Part shown: piece by piece, positions 1 to 7,862 of the stretch
How the letters are laid out: every line of letters starts with the position of its first letter
Position numbering within the stretch: position 1 is the first letter of the stretch
Source: a virus
IMG/VR virus record: IMGVR_UViG_3300020046_009041
DNA length: 37,041 bases
Direction: 5' to 3' (one strand)
Position numbers and translations under genes: made by a program
Notes under the pieces: generated by a model
Seen by the model: only the letters and a program-made list of their open reading frames with translations
What the model was told of the DNA's origin: nothing
Database searches by the model: none

Positions 1-121
1 CTTCCGGAGATAATTCAACGATTCTTCTTCCAGGCATTGATCCGGCCAGTTTATCCCCAGCTTTCTTGGTTAAAGCCTGCGCGCCAACAAGATTTAACCC
101 TATAACTGGGTTTAGTGCGAT
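1..121. repeat. Terminal direct repeat, copy 1 (identical to 36921..37041); marks a circularly closed or terminally redundant genome assembly
   Basis: Read base by base: bases 1-121 (cttccggagataattcaacg...gggtttagtgcgat) equal the last 121 bases of the window. Confidence 0.95.
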
Positions 122-157
122 CAATCCTGCCTGAGTTGGAGTTATGTTAAGTCCCAT
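1..157 (-). CDS. 5' part of a junction-spanning CDS (MGLNITPTQAGLIALNPVIGLNLVGAQALTKKAGDKLAGS-MPGRR...); continues at 36920 in the circle and is the same gene as 36370..37041
   Basis: ATG at 157-155 overlaps the TAA of the upstream gene (TAATG), with AGGAG 10 nt upstream. Hand translation of 157->38 gives 40 stop-free codons in frame with the track ORF that starts at 37 (=36957), which has no SD of its own. Confidence 0.6.
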   Translation of the reverse strand, partial: MGLNITPTQAGLIALNPVIGLNLVGAQALTKKAGDKLAGSMPGRRIVELSPE

Positions 158-765
158 TAGATGGCTGCTCCTATTAGCTTACCGGCTACCCCTGCAGCAT
201 CAGTTAGAGCCGATAGTTTTGCCTGCTTATTAGCCAAAGCCTGATTATAAAGTATGTCTTCCCTATTGTTTTGAAGATTAACGTTACCTTGAGCAGAGTT
301 CAACGCTTGAAGTTCTAACTCTCTGGCCTGATCCTCTGCAGATTGATTAACATTAGATTTAATGCCAGCTAGGTTACCTGCAAGCTGACCTCTTGATTCA
401 GCTTCTCCGCCAGCTCTTAAACCAGAGTAAAGAAGTCCTCTTGAATTAGCCTTTTGCCTAATATCTGCCAACTGATTAGCAAAATCTCTTTTTGCATCTA
501 CAGCTTGCAAGTTGTATTGAGACTTTTTGTAATTTGGAAGATTAGCTTTAAATGCTTCCGCTTGCTTTCTCTGCTCGGTGGCTATTTCTTTAAGTCTAGG
601 GTCTACCTCTGGAACATCAGCGCCACCGCCGCCATAACCAAGATTGTTAGCTATGTCTTTAAGTCCGCTCCCACCAGATGATTTATTATTACCTATCTGG
701 CTTCCTACTGCTGCTCCGGCTGGCCCACCTACAGCAAATCCGATAGCGGCTCCGAGTTTTCCCAT
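157..765 (-). CDS. Gly/Ala-rich, Q/N-rich virion-internal-like protein (202 aa), function unknown
   Basis: Long ORF. N-terminus is MGKLGAAIGFAVGGPAGAAVG, followed by helical-looking Q/N/A-rich sequence. Lies after the tail genes and its stop overlaps the next start. Confidence 0.7.
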   Translation of the reverse strand: MGKLGAAIGFAVGGPAGAAVGSQIGNNKSSGGSGLKDIANNLGYGGGGADVPEVDPRLKEIATEQRKQAEAFKANLPNYKKSQYNLQAVDAKRDFANQLADIRQKANSRGLLYSGLRAGGEAESRGQLAGNLAGIKSNVNQSAEDQARELELQALNSAQGNVNLQNNREDILYNQALANKQAKLSALTDAAGVAGKLIGAAI

Positions 766-773
766 AAATCCTC

Positions 774-1109
774 CTAAAAAATATAAATCTTAGCAGTTCC
801 GGCTGCATTAGATTTTAAGTAAATGTACTTCTTATCAGATGGAGTTACTCCATCGTATAAACTCATAGCCACACTTGATCCTGCTAATATGTACCCAAGT
901 GGCAATCTATTCAGGTTGTGTGTGATTCCGACCTCTGCGTTTGCAGATGTAAAATCCACAGACTGCAATGATCCATCCGTGTTCTCTGTTAATCCTAAAT
1001 TACCATTAACAGTTGAAACAATATCATTGATAACAATACTGCAAAATCTTCTGAATTCCTTGTCATCCTTAATATTGCTCAAATCACCAGATGATCTAAT
1101 CTTGCTCAT
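774..1109 (-). CDS. Hypothetical virion protein (111 aa)
   Basis: ORF whose start shares base 1109 with the stop of the upstream 577-aa ORF; no recognisable motif. Confidence 0.65.
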   Translation of the reverse strand: MSKIRSSGDLSNIKDDKEFRRFCSIVINDIVSTVNGNLGLTENTDGSLQSVDFTSANAEVGITHNLNRLPLGYILAGSSVAMSLYDGVTPSDKKYIYLKSNAAGTAKIYIF

Positions 1110-2842
1110 TACACAGCCCTCTGGAATCTAGACTCAATTGTGAATCCATGAATTCTAACAGGATCTGTTGCCGTATTATTGGACAACTCAACAGCCATGG
1201 ATTTAGCAGGCAATCCAAAGTCAATTCTAGACTGAAATGGAGCTTGGTACATGGTCCTAGTTAATCCTGCAGTAGTTGAGTAATCAGTGTAGAAAGAAAT
1301 ATTTAATGCACTTGTTGATCCAATAACAGGATCAAGATCCACATAAAATCTTCTAAACTGCTTAGTAACACTGTTTCCCATATCATGCAGGAATCTTGTC
1401 TTAAAATGACAGTTAATGGCTGAACCGTTATCACCTAAGAAAGATGATCCAAAATAACTAATGGTTCCGCTATAACTTCCATAAAAAGCAGTAGGTAGAC
1501 TAAAGGTCGCCTTCAAATATCCAAGACTTGATGGGAAAGGTCCATCGTACTTGGTAAATGCATTAACTGCATAATCGTAAGCCACAATTAGGTTATTAAG
1601 CGTTGCCCCATTGTAAGGTATAGCAAACCATATCTCATTTCTTAATTTGGCATGAATTGCAGTAGCAGCATTCCTTGCGCTATTGATATTCATTGAAAGA
1701 AATACTGGCTCAACTCTCGTAGACAGAACCTCAATGTTTGCACCTGTATACCTAATGATACCTTTTGGATCTAGAAAGTTACAATACTGCTCATAAACAG
1801 CAATAGCCCTATTGTTCAAGCATCCATATTGATCCGAGATTTGTCTTACCGAAATATTGTCAACGGTATCACCAGAAACCTCATGAAAGCTGAACTGCTT
1901 AAATACCATGAGCTTGGAATTGTAAGATTTAAGACCAGTGACCATATCCGCATCATTGGTTCTTACTTCAAAGAATGATGTTGGCTGAATTCCCTCTGGC
2001 TCTCCAATATCAGAGAAATAAACTGTACTTGGAGCACCACTAAACCCAGCCATAAACAACTGGTTATTGTAAACCTCAAGATATTTTGGAGCCATTGTAA
2101 ACCACAGATAGTCTGGTTCCGCAAAATCAGATGTCTCAAGGTTGTTATCAATAAATGTAGCACCATTTGGAGCTAGATAACCAATTCTAAACAAGTCTCC
2201 AAGGTTAGGATCAGTTCTGTAAATAACAATTGCCGTGATTCCATACCCTGTTGGAGTAGTAAACCCGGACAAAGTAATCGTGCTTACACCAGTAGCTGAA
2301 ACTGTAATTCCAGTGCTAACTGCTCCGAAAAATCCTCTTTCATTTAAGTAGCCATATCCATATTGGAATATCCCACTCATTCCAGATCCGTTGGATACGC
2401 CTTGGGCGAATGTTAATCCCGTCCCAGGAGGCAAAGAAAAAGCGCGAGTGGAAGCACCATCATAAACAAGAAAATCTTGGCCATTTCCGGTAAAGTATCT
2501 ATCCACGAAAGTAATTGCATCAAAGATTCCATTATTTAAAAGCCCGCTTTTTATAGAGTTAAAAGTACCAGAGTCCAACGTGTAAAGGTTGGTATTAGCT
2601 CCCACAATCACTTGTGAAAATCCATTAAGTTTTTGATATTCATTAATGCTATTAATTGGACCAATGATACTTCCGCCAACATACAGTGTTGAGCCGGGTC
2701 TCTTTGACAAGCTTCCAGGAACACTAAAGTCAAAATTAGATAAGTCGATGAACTCATTCTCTTGAGTATCGTATTTAGAAACCTTGGTATTTAATCCACC
2801 AAAGTTATTGTAGTTCTCTGACTTTACCTTTTCATATGCCAT
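1109..2842 (-). CDS. Large beta-rich tail protein (577 aa), possibly the nozzle / tail-tubular-B analogue (assigned by position only)
   Basis: Long ORF directly coupled to the adaptor-like gene. N-terminus contains NFGGLNTKVS...FDFSVPGSLSKRPG. The function call is low confidence. Confidence 0.6.
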   Translation of the reverse strand: MAYEKVKSENYNNFGGLNTKVSKYDTQENEFIDLSNFDFSVPGSLSKRPGSTLYVGGSIIGPINSINEYQKLNGFSQVIVGANTNLYTLDSGTFNSIKSGLLNNGIFDAITFVDRYFTGNGQDFLVYDGASTRAFSLPPGTGLTFAQGVSNGSGMSGIFQYGYGYLNERGFFGAVSTGITVSATGVSTITLSGFTTPTGYGITAIVIYRTDPNLGDLFRIGYLAPNGATFIDNNLETSDFAEPDYLWFTMAPKYLEVYNNQLFMAGFSGAPSTVYFSDIGEPEGIQPTSFFEVRTNDADMVTGLKSYNSKLMVFKQFSFHEVSGDTVDNISVRQISDQYGCLNNRAIAVYEQYCNFLDPKGIIRYTGANIEVLSTRVEPVFLSMNINSARNAATAIHAKLRNEIWFAIPYNGATLNNLIVAYDYAVNAFTKYDGPFPSSLGYLKATFSLPTAFYGSYSGTISYFGSSFLGDNGSAINCHFKTRFLHDMGNSVTKQFRRFYVDLDPVIGSTSALNISFYTDYSTTAGLTRTMYQAPFQSRIDFGLPAKSMAVELSNNTATDPVRIHGFTIESRFQRAV

Positions 2843-3504
2843 TAGAAAAACGTCCCATAACCGTTGCCGGTTTCAACTACCATACGTGGAGAGTCTAGAG
2901 TCACATCTTGTGCGTCTCGTTTCATCATTTCCATGTAATCGTTCTTTTTGTTAAGAAGGGCTGATATGTCTCGTCCATCTTTGATAAAGCAATCAAGTGC
3001 CGCCATAACAGCAACAAACTCATGGTATTGCTCAGGTGCATCTACCTGTTGGTTATCATTGGTAAGCTCAGTCACCCTATAAAGGTAATTAAGCCTTAAC
3101 GTGTATGCATTGTCTGGCTTTGGAAATAGCACCAAATTATTCTTTTTAATGTAGTAACTAACAGGTGTTCCTACCTGCAAACCTACAAGATTAGCTTGTT
3201 GTGGTGTACATGGAAGCACTACACTTGCGTCTTCACTGGATTGAGTTTGGTTAAGAACTACCTCAAGTTTAACAACGTCCAAGAAATCATCTGGGAGCAC
3301 GTACTCTTGCTGATAAAGTACTGTTGTAGTTACCTGGCACTTTCTGTAATAGGAATCATCAGCCATTTTTAAAAGCTTCTGAACTTCGTATTGAGCGCGG
3401 TTAATGAACGCATTTAGCTGATCATCGGTGAAGTAACCTTTATTAAGATCGTCTACCCAATAAGAGATAATGGTTTTAAGTTGAGCACGAGTCATTAGCA
3501 GCAC
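2842..3504 (-). CDS. Putative head-to-tail adaptor / tail-tubular-A-like protein (220 aa)
   Basis: Size, position upstream of the 577-aa tail protein, and N-terminal TRAQLKTIISYWVDDLNKGYFTDDQLNAFINRAQYEV, which resembles phage adaptor N-termini from memory. Confidence 0.5.
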   Translation of the reverse strand: MLLMTRAQLKTIISYWVDDLNKGYFTDDQLNAFINRAQYEVQKLLKMADDSYYRKCQVTTTVLYQQEYVLPDDFLDVVKLEVVLNQTQSSEDASVVLPCTPQQANLVGLQVGTPVSYYIKKNNLVLFPKPDNAYTLRLNYLYRVTELTNDNQQVDAPEQYHEFVAVMAALDCFIKDGRDISALLNKKNDYMEMMKRDAQDVTLDSPRMVVETGNGYGTFF

Positions 3505-3707
3505 CCACAGTCTATTTCACCCGGAGTTACACATGCGGTCCAGGTTGTTAAAGTTACGCCTATTACTGGGGACCAAATATCGGCACAAGGCCATAGAAAA
3601 CCAAAAGTATTAAGCCCCAAACCGGATATGGTGTTGGGGCCGCCTTCAAATCCAAACGACATTAGAGCCTGTCCATCAAGCCTAACGCTTCCAACTGGTG
3701 ATGCCAT
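3495..3707 (-). CDS. Small Gly-rich protein ending in IDCGCC (70 aa)
   Basis: GGAGG 6 nt upstream of the ATG at 3707; fills the gap between the glycosyltransferase and the adaptor; locally GC-richer. Confidence 0.5.
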   Translation of the reverse strand: MASPVGSVRLDGQALMSFGFEGGPNTISGLGLNTFGFLWPCADIWSPVIGVTLTTWTACVTPGEIDCGCC

Positions 3708-3722
3708 CCATGGCCTCCGTTG

Positions 3723-5885
3723 TTACTTAGGAAGAAACTCTAACCACGACTTGGCTAAATTCTCCCAGGAATGTTTCTCAATATCAAAATTCACTCTCTC
3801 GCACTTCTTTTCTTGTATCGCATCAACGACAAGCTTAGCATACGTCTCGATATCATTTTGGCTCAAACAGTCCAAATCCACAAGATCTGCCATGCCTTTT
3901 TCTGAAGCTTCTTTAAGAGTGTTCTTCAAAGCTCCATGAGCCCTTGCCACTGGGTAAACTCCACAGGACAACATCTCTCTTGCTGTAATACAACTTGTCT
4001 CGAGAAATTCAGGCACGTAGAGCCAGACTTTCATCTCGCAAAGCTGTTTGGTCAATTGCTTCTGCTCCACATTCCCGTGCATATTAATCCATGATCTAGC
4101 CTGGATCATTTTCTCAAGTCTCACAACCTGATCAATAAGACCCATCTTCTTCATGTTATCAAATCCGTAATAAACGTGCAGTTCTGCATCTGGAATGGAC
4201 TTTCTTACCTCATCCATCACCATAATAACTCGATCTAATCCTCTATCTGGAGAACTTGAGTAAACTACTTTGTTCCCCGTCTTATTCTTAACCAGGTCTT
4301 TAAATCTGTCCGGATTTAGTCCATTGGACGTAATCATGATCTTATCTTCGGGAATAGCTTTCATCCCAGTAATAAAGTCTTTATGGAATTCAGACAAAGC
4401 TAAAACCTTATCGTATTGATGATGATGTTCCATCCCTGGGATAAGAAGATCATGGCACCACAGATAAGTAGGAGCATCTGTAACCTTAATATTGTGTCTC
4501 CATGAAATGTTGGCTTTAGGTTTATGCTTCTTAACATAAGCAGCAAGCGTGTTAACAGGAGCGTAAATAACATCATCGAAAACTTCTTCTTTTTCTCGAT
4601 CGTTAAATACAATCACCTTTTTACCGCTATGCTTTTTCAACCAATAAGCCATCTCTACAACAGCGGTCTCAGATCCTCCAATTCCACGCTCATGATAGAT
4701 CTTTGGGTCCCACTTATAAGGAGAAACACCAGGGCAGCTAATAATGTAAGCATCATCATCCACGCACTCAGATGTGATAACCTCCATGCTAGACTTGATT
4801 CTATCAACTTCTTCAATAATAGCTTTAGACTCTGGGTTGTCTTTGTACTCCAATGCAGCTTGAGCTTCCGCCTTAGCCTTATCCCATTGCTGCATTTGAC
4901 CATAGACTTTAGCCAGCTGGTTTCTTGGGTAAATTCCGTACATATCCCCAAACATAAATAACGGACTAGGACGACTACCACCCTGGCTCTTATCAATACA
5001 CGCTTTTGCGGCATTATATGACGGGATTGCCTCTTCAAGCTTGTGCATGTTGATAAAACTGTCACCAATTATGCAGTAAAATTCTGCACGATGAGGCTCT
5101 AAAGTTAATCCTTGATGGGCAATGTTGATAGCCTGTGGAAACTTTTTGTTCAAAAACAATGAGTAACATAAGTACTGAAGACACAAGATTCTATCATGCA
5201 TCTCAAGATCTAATCTCTGATTAGCCTTTTCAAACCACTCAATAGCCTCTTCTGACTTCTGTGATTCAAATAACTCCTTACCATAATAGTACATCATTCG
5301 AGCATCTAAGGAATCCTTCCTAGAGTCGAACATGCTTAAGTTTCTGTTATGATCTTTCTTTAAATCATCAACAGATCTCATATGCTTAACAGTCCAAGTC
5401 TCGCAAAATGCACTAACAATAGGCTGATTGTCTTTGGCTACCAATCCCTCATGGACAAAATACTTCCAGTAAAACTTTCCGTTGTTTTTAGTAACTCGTT
5501 CTCTAATAAAAGAACAAACAGGTTTACCATTATCATTAGCATAGTGATATGTGGCAATCCAATACTCAGCTAAATGAATAGCCTCTTCTCTAAACTTCTT
5601 AAATGCTTCTTTATTATCTAGATAATCATCTGCATCCAACCACATAATGTAATCGCATTTAGTGTGTGAATACGAATACTCTCTTGCTGCACCAAAATCA
5701 TTCACCCATTTAAAGTGATGTACTTTGGCTCCATACTTTTTTGCGATCTCTACTGTATTATCTGTACTTCCTGTGTCCGTGATGTGGATCTCATCAAAGC
5801 AGCCTTCCACTGACTCCAATACCCTTGGAAGGTTATGCTCTTCATCCTTAACAATCATGCACAATGCTATAGTGGGACGGCTCAT
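3723..5885 (-). CDS. Fusion glycosyltransferase: N-terminal GT-A (family 2-like), central TPR-like repeats, C-terminal GT-B (GT4/group-1-like)
   Basis: ALCMIVKDEEHNLPRVLESV...DEIHITDTGSTDNT...WLDADD (the DxD motif). Helical repeat region at about residues 230-370. C-terminal EX7E block ETSCITAREMLSCGVYPVA. AAAGGAG SD. Confidence 0.8.
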   Translation of the reverse strand: MSRPTIALCMIVKDEEHNLPRVLESVEGCFDEIHITDTGSTDNTVEIAKKYGAKVHHFKWVNDFGAAREYSYSHTKCDYIMWLDADDYLDNKEAFKKFREEAIHLAEYWIATYHYANDNGKPVCSFIRERVTKNNGKFYWKYFVHEGLVAKDNQPIVSAFCETWTVKHMRSVDDLKKDHNRNLSMFDSRKDSLDARMMYYYGKELFESQKSEEAIEWFEKANQRLDLEMHDRILCLQYLCYSLFLNKKFPQAINIAHQGLTLEPHRAEFYCIIGDSFINMHKLEEAIPSYNAAKACIDKSQGGSRPSPLFMFGDMYGIYPRNQLAKVYGQMQQWDKAKAEAQAALEYKDNPESKAIIEEVDRIKSSMEVITSECVDDDAYIISCPGVSPYKWDPKIYHERGIGGSETAVVEMAYWLKKHSGKKVIVFNDREKEEVFDDVIYAPVNTLAAYVKKHKPKANISWRHNIKVTDAPTYLWCHDLLIPGMEHHHQYDKVLALSEFHKDFITGMKAIPEDKIMITSNGLNPDRFKDLVKNKTGNKVVYSSSPDRGLDRVIMVMDEVRKSIPDAELHVYYGFDNMKKMGLIDQVVRLEKMIQARSWINMHGNVEQKQLTKQLCEMKVWLYVPEFLETSCITAREMLSCGVYPVARAHGALKNTLKEASEKGMADLVDLDCLSQNDIETYAKLVVDAIQEKKCERVNFDIEKHSWENLAKSWLEFLPK

Positions 5886-5927
5886 TCAAACTCCTTTTTG
5901 AAATTATGTTATGAGCATAAAACCACT

Positions 5928-6404
5928 TTAGGATTTTGTCGATTCGGTACTAGTGTTCGTTAAAGTCTTCTCGAAAAGAAGAGTTGAGCTTCCACGAGAT
6001 GACACACCCCAAGCTCCTGTTGATTTAGTGAATACTGCGTCACCCTCTTGAACCTCAAGATTGCGTTTAGCAAATCCCATAAGTGTTGTTGGGTCAATAG
6101 CAGTGCTTCCAAAACTATCATCAGTAGTCCCAACTTTTTCATCAACAGATGTAATTGGGTCTAGCACTCCTGGAACGTATCTAACAGTAGTGTCCACACC
6201 AGAACCACCATCCATCAAGAAAATACAGCTAATGGTTGGGCCATATGTAAACTGATAGTATCCAGATCCGGCTACTATTTCTGTAATTCCAGGCGCAGTA
6301 ATAGATGCACCATTTTCATTAGCGAAAATAATCATTGTAGGCGTAAGACCTGTGTAAGTACGAGGATCACCGCTCCCGAACGTCACATAAAACTTTTTTG
6401 CCAT
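5928..6404 (-). CDS. Hypothetical virion protein (158 aa), S/T/G-rich
   Basis: ORF in the structural block; overlaps the upstream ORF by 38 nt. Confidence 0.65.
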   Translation of the reverse strand: MAKKFYVTFGSGDPRTYTGLTPTMIIFANENGASITAPGITEIVAGSGYYQFTYGPTISCIFLMDGGSGVDTTVRYVPGVLDPITSVDEKVGTTDDSFGSTAIDPTTLMGFAKRNLEVQEGDAVFTKSTGAWGVSSRGSSTLLFEKTLTNTSTESTKS

Positions 6405-7056
6405 CCTTGGCCCCCATTAGTCTTTCGTTTAATACGTTAATAATTCCATTAGCATTTGGTGCAGGAAACTCTTTTGGAAACGCCATCAAATCCAAAGCTT
6501 CTTGCTTCTGATCTTCTGTCATCAATGCAATCTTTAGCTCTTGTCCTATCGGATGATTCTTAACCATGGCTTGATAAGCAACACGGGAGATCCATATATC
6601 ATTTAACGCTTCCTCATAATTAGAATACTTTGAGCTTACTTGCTCGTGAAGTTCTTTAACGTGATTTAAGAATGCGTTCTTAGCGATATTCCTGTCCTTA
6701 ATAGTTAACTCAAGAGCATAAAGCTCCATATTTTGGCGCTCTAACTCTACCTCTAGTAGTTCTTTTTCATCTAAAAGATCAGGTATAATGGAGTTACCTT
6801 GTTTCGTTATTCTGGATAAGTCTTCTATTTTTCGTTTAATACCACGGATCTTAATAAGCTTTTCTTTCTTATTAAGCTCGTACCCTCTAACCGCTGTGAT
6901 CATAGTCCATGCGTTTCTGCATGCACCTTGAAGCTGATCAACAGGATGAACCATGTCGTGACCAACTCCATCAGATCCTAGAATACATGTCTTGGCAGAT
7001 TGATGCTCAAACCACCATTTAGAATGAAGTTCTGCAATTTGTTTTAACTCGTCCAT
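6367..7056 (-). CDS. Hypothetical coiled-coil protein (229 aa), possibly a fibre assembly factor
   Basis: Long ORF with a charged, helical-looking middle (KEKLIKIRGIKRKIEDLSRI...LEVELERQNMELYALELTIKD); start abuts the stop of the 268-aa ORF. Confidence 0.65.
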   Translation of the reverse strand: MDELKQIAELHSKWWFEHQSAKTCILGSDGVGHDMVHPVDQLQGACRNAWTMITAVRGYELNKKEKLIKIRGIKRKIEDLSRITKQGNSIIPDLLDEKELLEVELERQNMELYALELTIKDRNIAKNAFLNHVKELHEQVSSKYSNYEEALNDIWISRVAYQAMVKNHPIGQELKIALMTEDQKQEALDLMAFPKEFPAPNANGIINVLNERLMGAKDGKKVLCDVRER

Positions 7057-7862
7057 TACGCTCCTTGACCACTAGATAATGCTGAAACAAAAGACACTGT
7101 ATTTGCCCAAGATGTACCATTAAAAACAAATGATTCAGTTGTAACTCCAGACCCGTTATATCCGCCCCAAATCAATGCAGTGCTATTTGTAAATGAAGAA
7201 TTTGAATCACCTTTTGCTGTAGGTATAACAATACCAGCAGACCATGCACTTCCATTGTAACTTCTAACAGCAGTAGTTAAAACCGATGAAGAAGTTCCGG
7301 AATATCCTGATATTTTATAAACAATAGAATTCAAAAGAGCTGATCCCATTGCATGCGCAATATTTCCGCTTGGGCTGATAGTTGATGCAGTTTCTGATGG
7401 TGTGTACAATCTAGAATAATCGCATGCGTTTGTTCCAGTTGGACCACTAGAACCAGAGCATAAAACCATTCCGGACGGTAATGTTTGAGCAAGACCATAT
7501 GTTATGGTAAATGCTGCTGTACCAGCCGTTGACCAAGCTGTTCCATTATATTTTGATAAAAGCTCAGAGGCAGATCCTCCAGAGTTACCACCCATAAGAT
7601 AGTTAAAGCTTCCCATTTGAGCAGTATGTAATGAGCTAGCTACGTTTTGGCTATCAGCATCCACGCTTACCGCAGATGTATTGAATTTGTAAGTAGTTTT
7701 TACTTGGGCAGCGGATGAGTTTCTACCGCAAAAAACATAGTAATTATAATTGTATCTAGACCTTGAACCTGGAGCAGACAAATCCCTACCATCAGGAAGA
7801 GAAGGCGTAGCCCCAGTGGTCCAAGTTCCATTGAACCTAGCAATAGTTGATAAAATAGCCAT
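7056..7862 (-). CDS. Kelch-like beta-propeller repeat protein (268 aa), probable fibre or receptor-binding accessory
   Basis: Four spaced copies of [FY]NG[TS].W (FNGTWTTG, YNGTAWST, YNGSAWSAG, FNGTSWAN), each preceded by GG-containing segments. Confidence 0.6.
   Translation of the reverse strand: MAILSTIARFNGTWTTGATPSLPDGRDLSAPGSRSRYNYNYYVFCGRNSSAAQVKTTYKFNTSAVSVDADSQNVASSLHTAQMGSFNYLMGGNSGGSASELLSKYNGTAWSTAGTAAFTITYGLAQTLPSGMVLCSGSSGPTGTNACDYSRLYTPSETASTISPSGNIAHAMGSALLNSIVYKISGYSGTSSSVLTTAVRSYNGSAWSAGIVIPTAKGDSNSSFTNSTALIWGGYNGSGVTTESFVFNGTSWANTVSFVSALSSGQGA

Noticed and set aside
4400-5573. Several 60-145-aa ORFs on both strands inside the glycosyltransferase gene (4400..4612, 4524..4961, 4655..5068, 5382..5573). 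Similar nested ORFs occur inside the portal, capsid and terL-C genes
   Set aside because: All are nested in much longer ORFs with recognisable domains. They have odd composition (Leu/Ile/Ser/Phe-rich) and no SD, and are typical AT-rich shadow ORFs.
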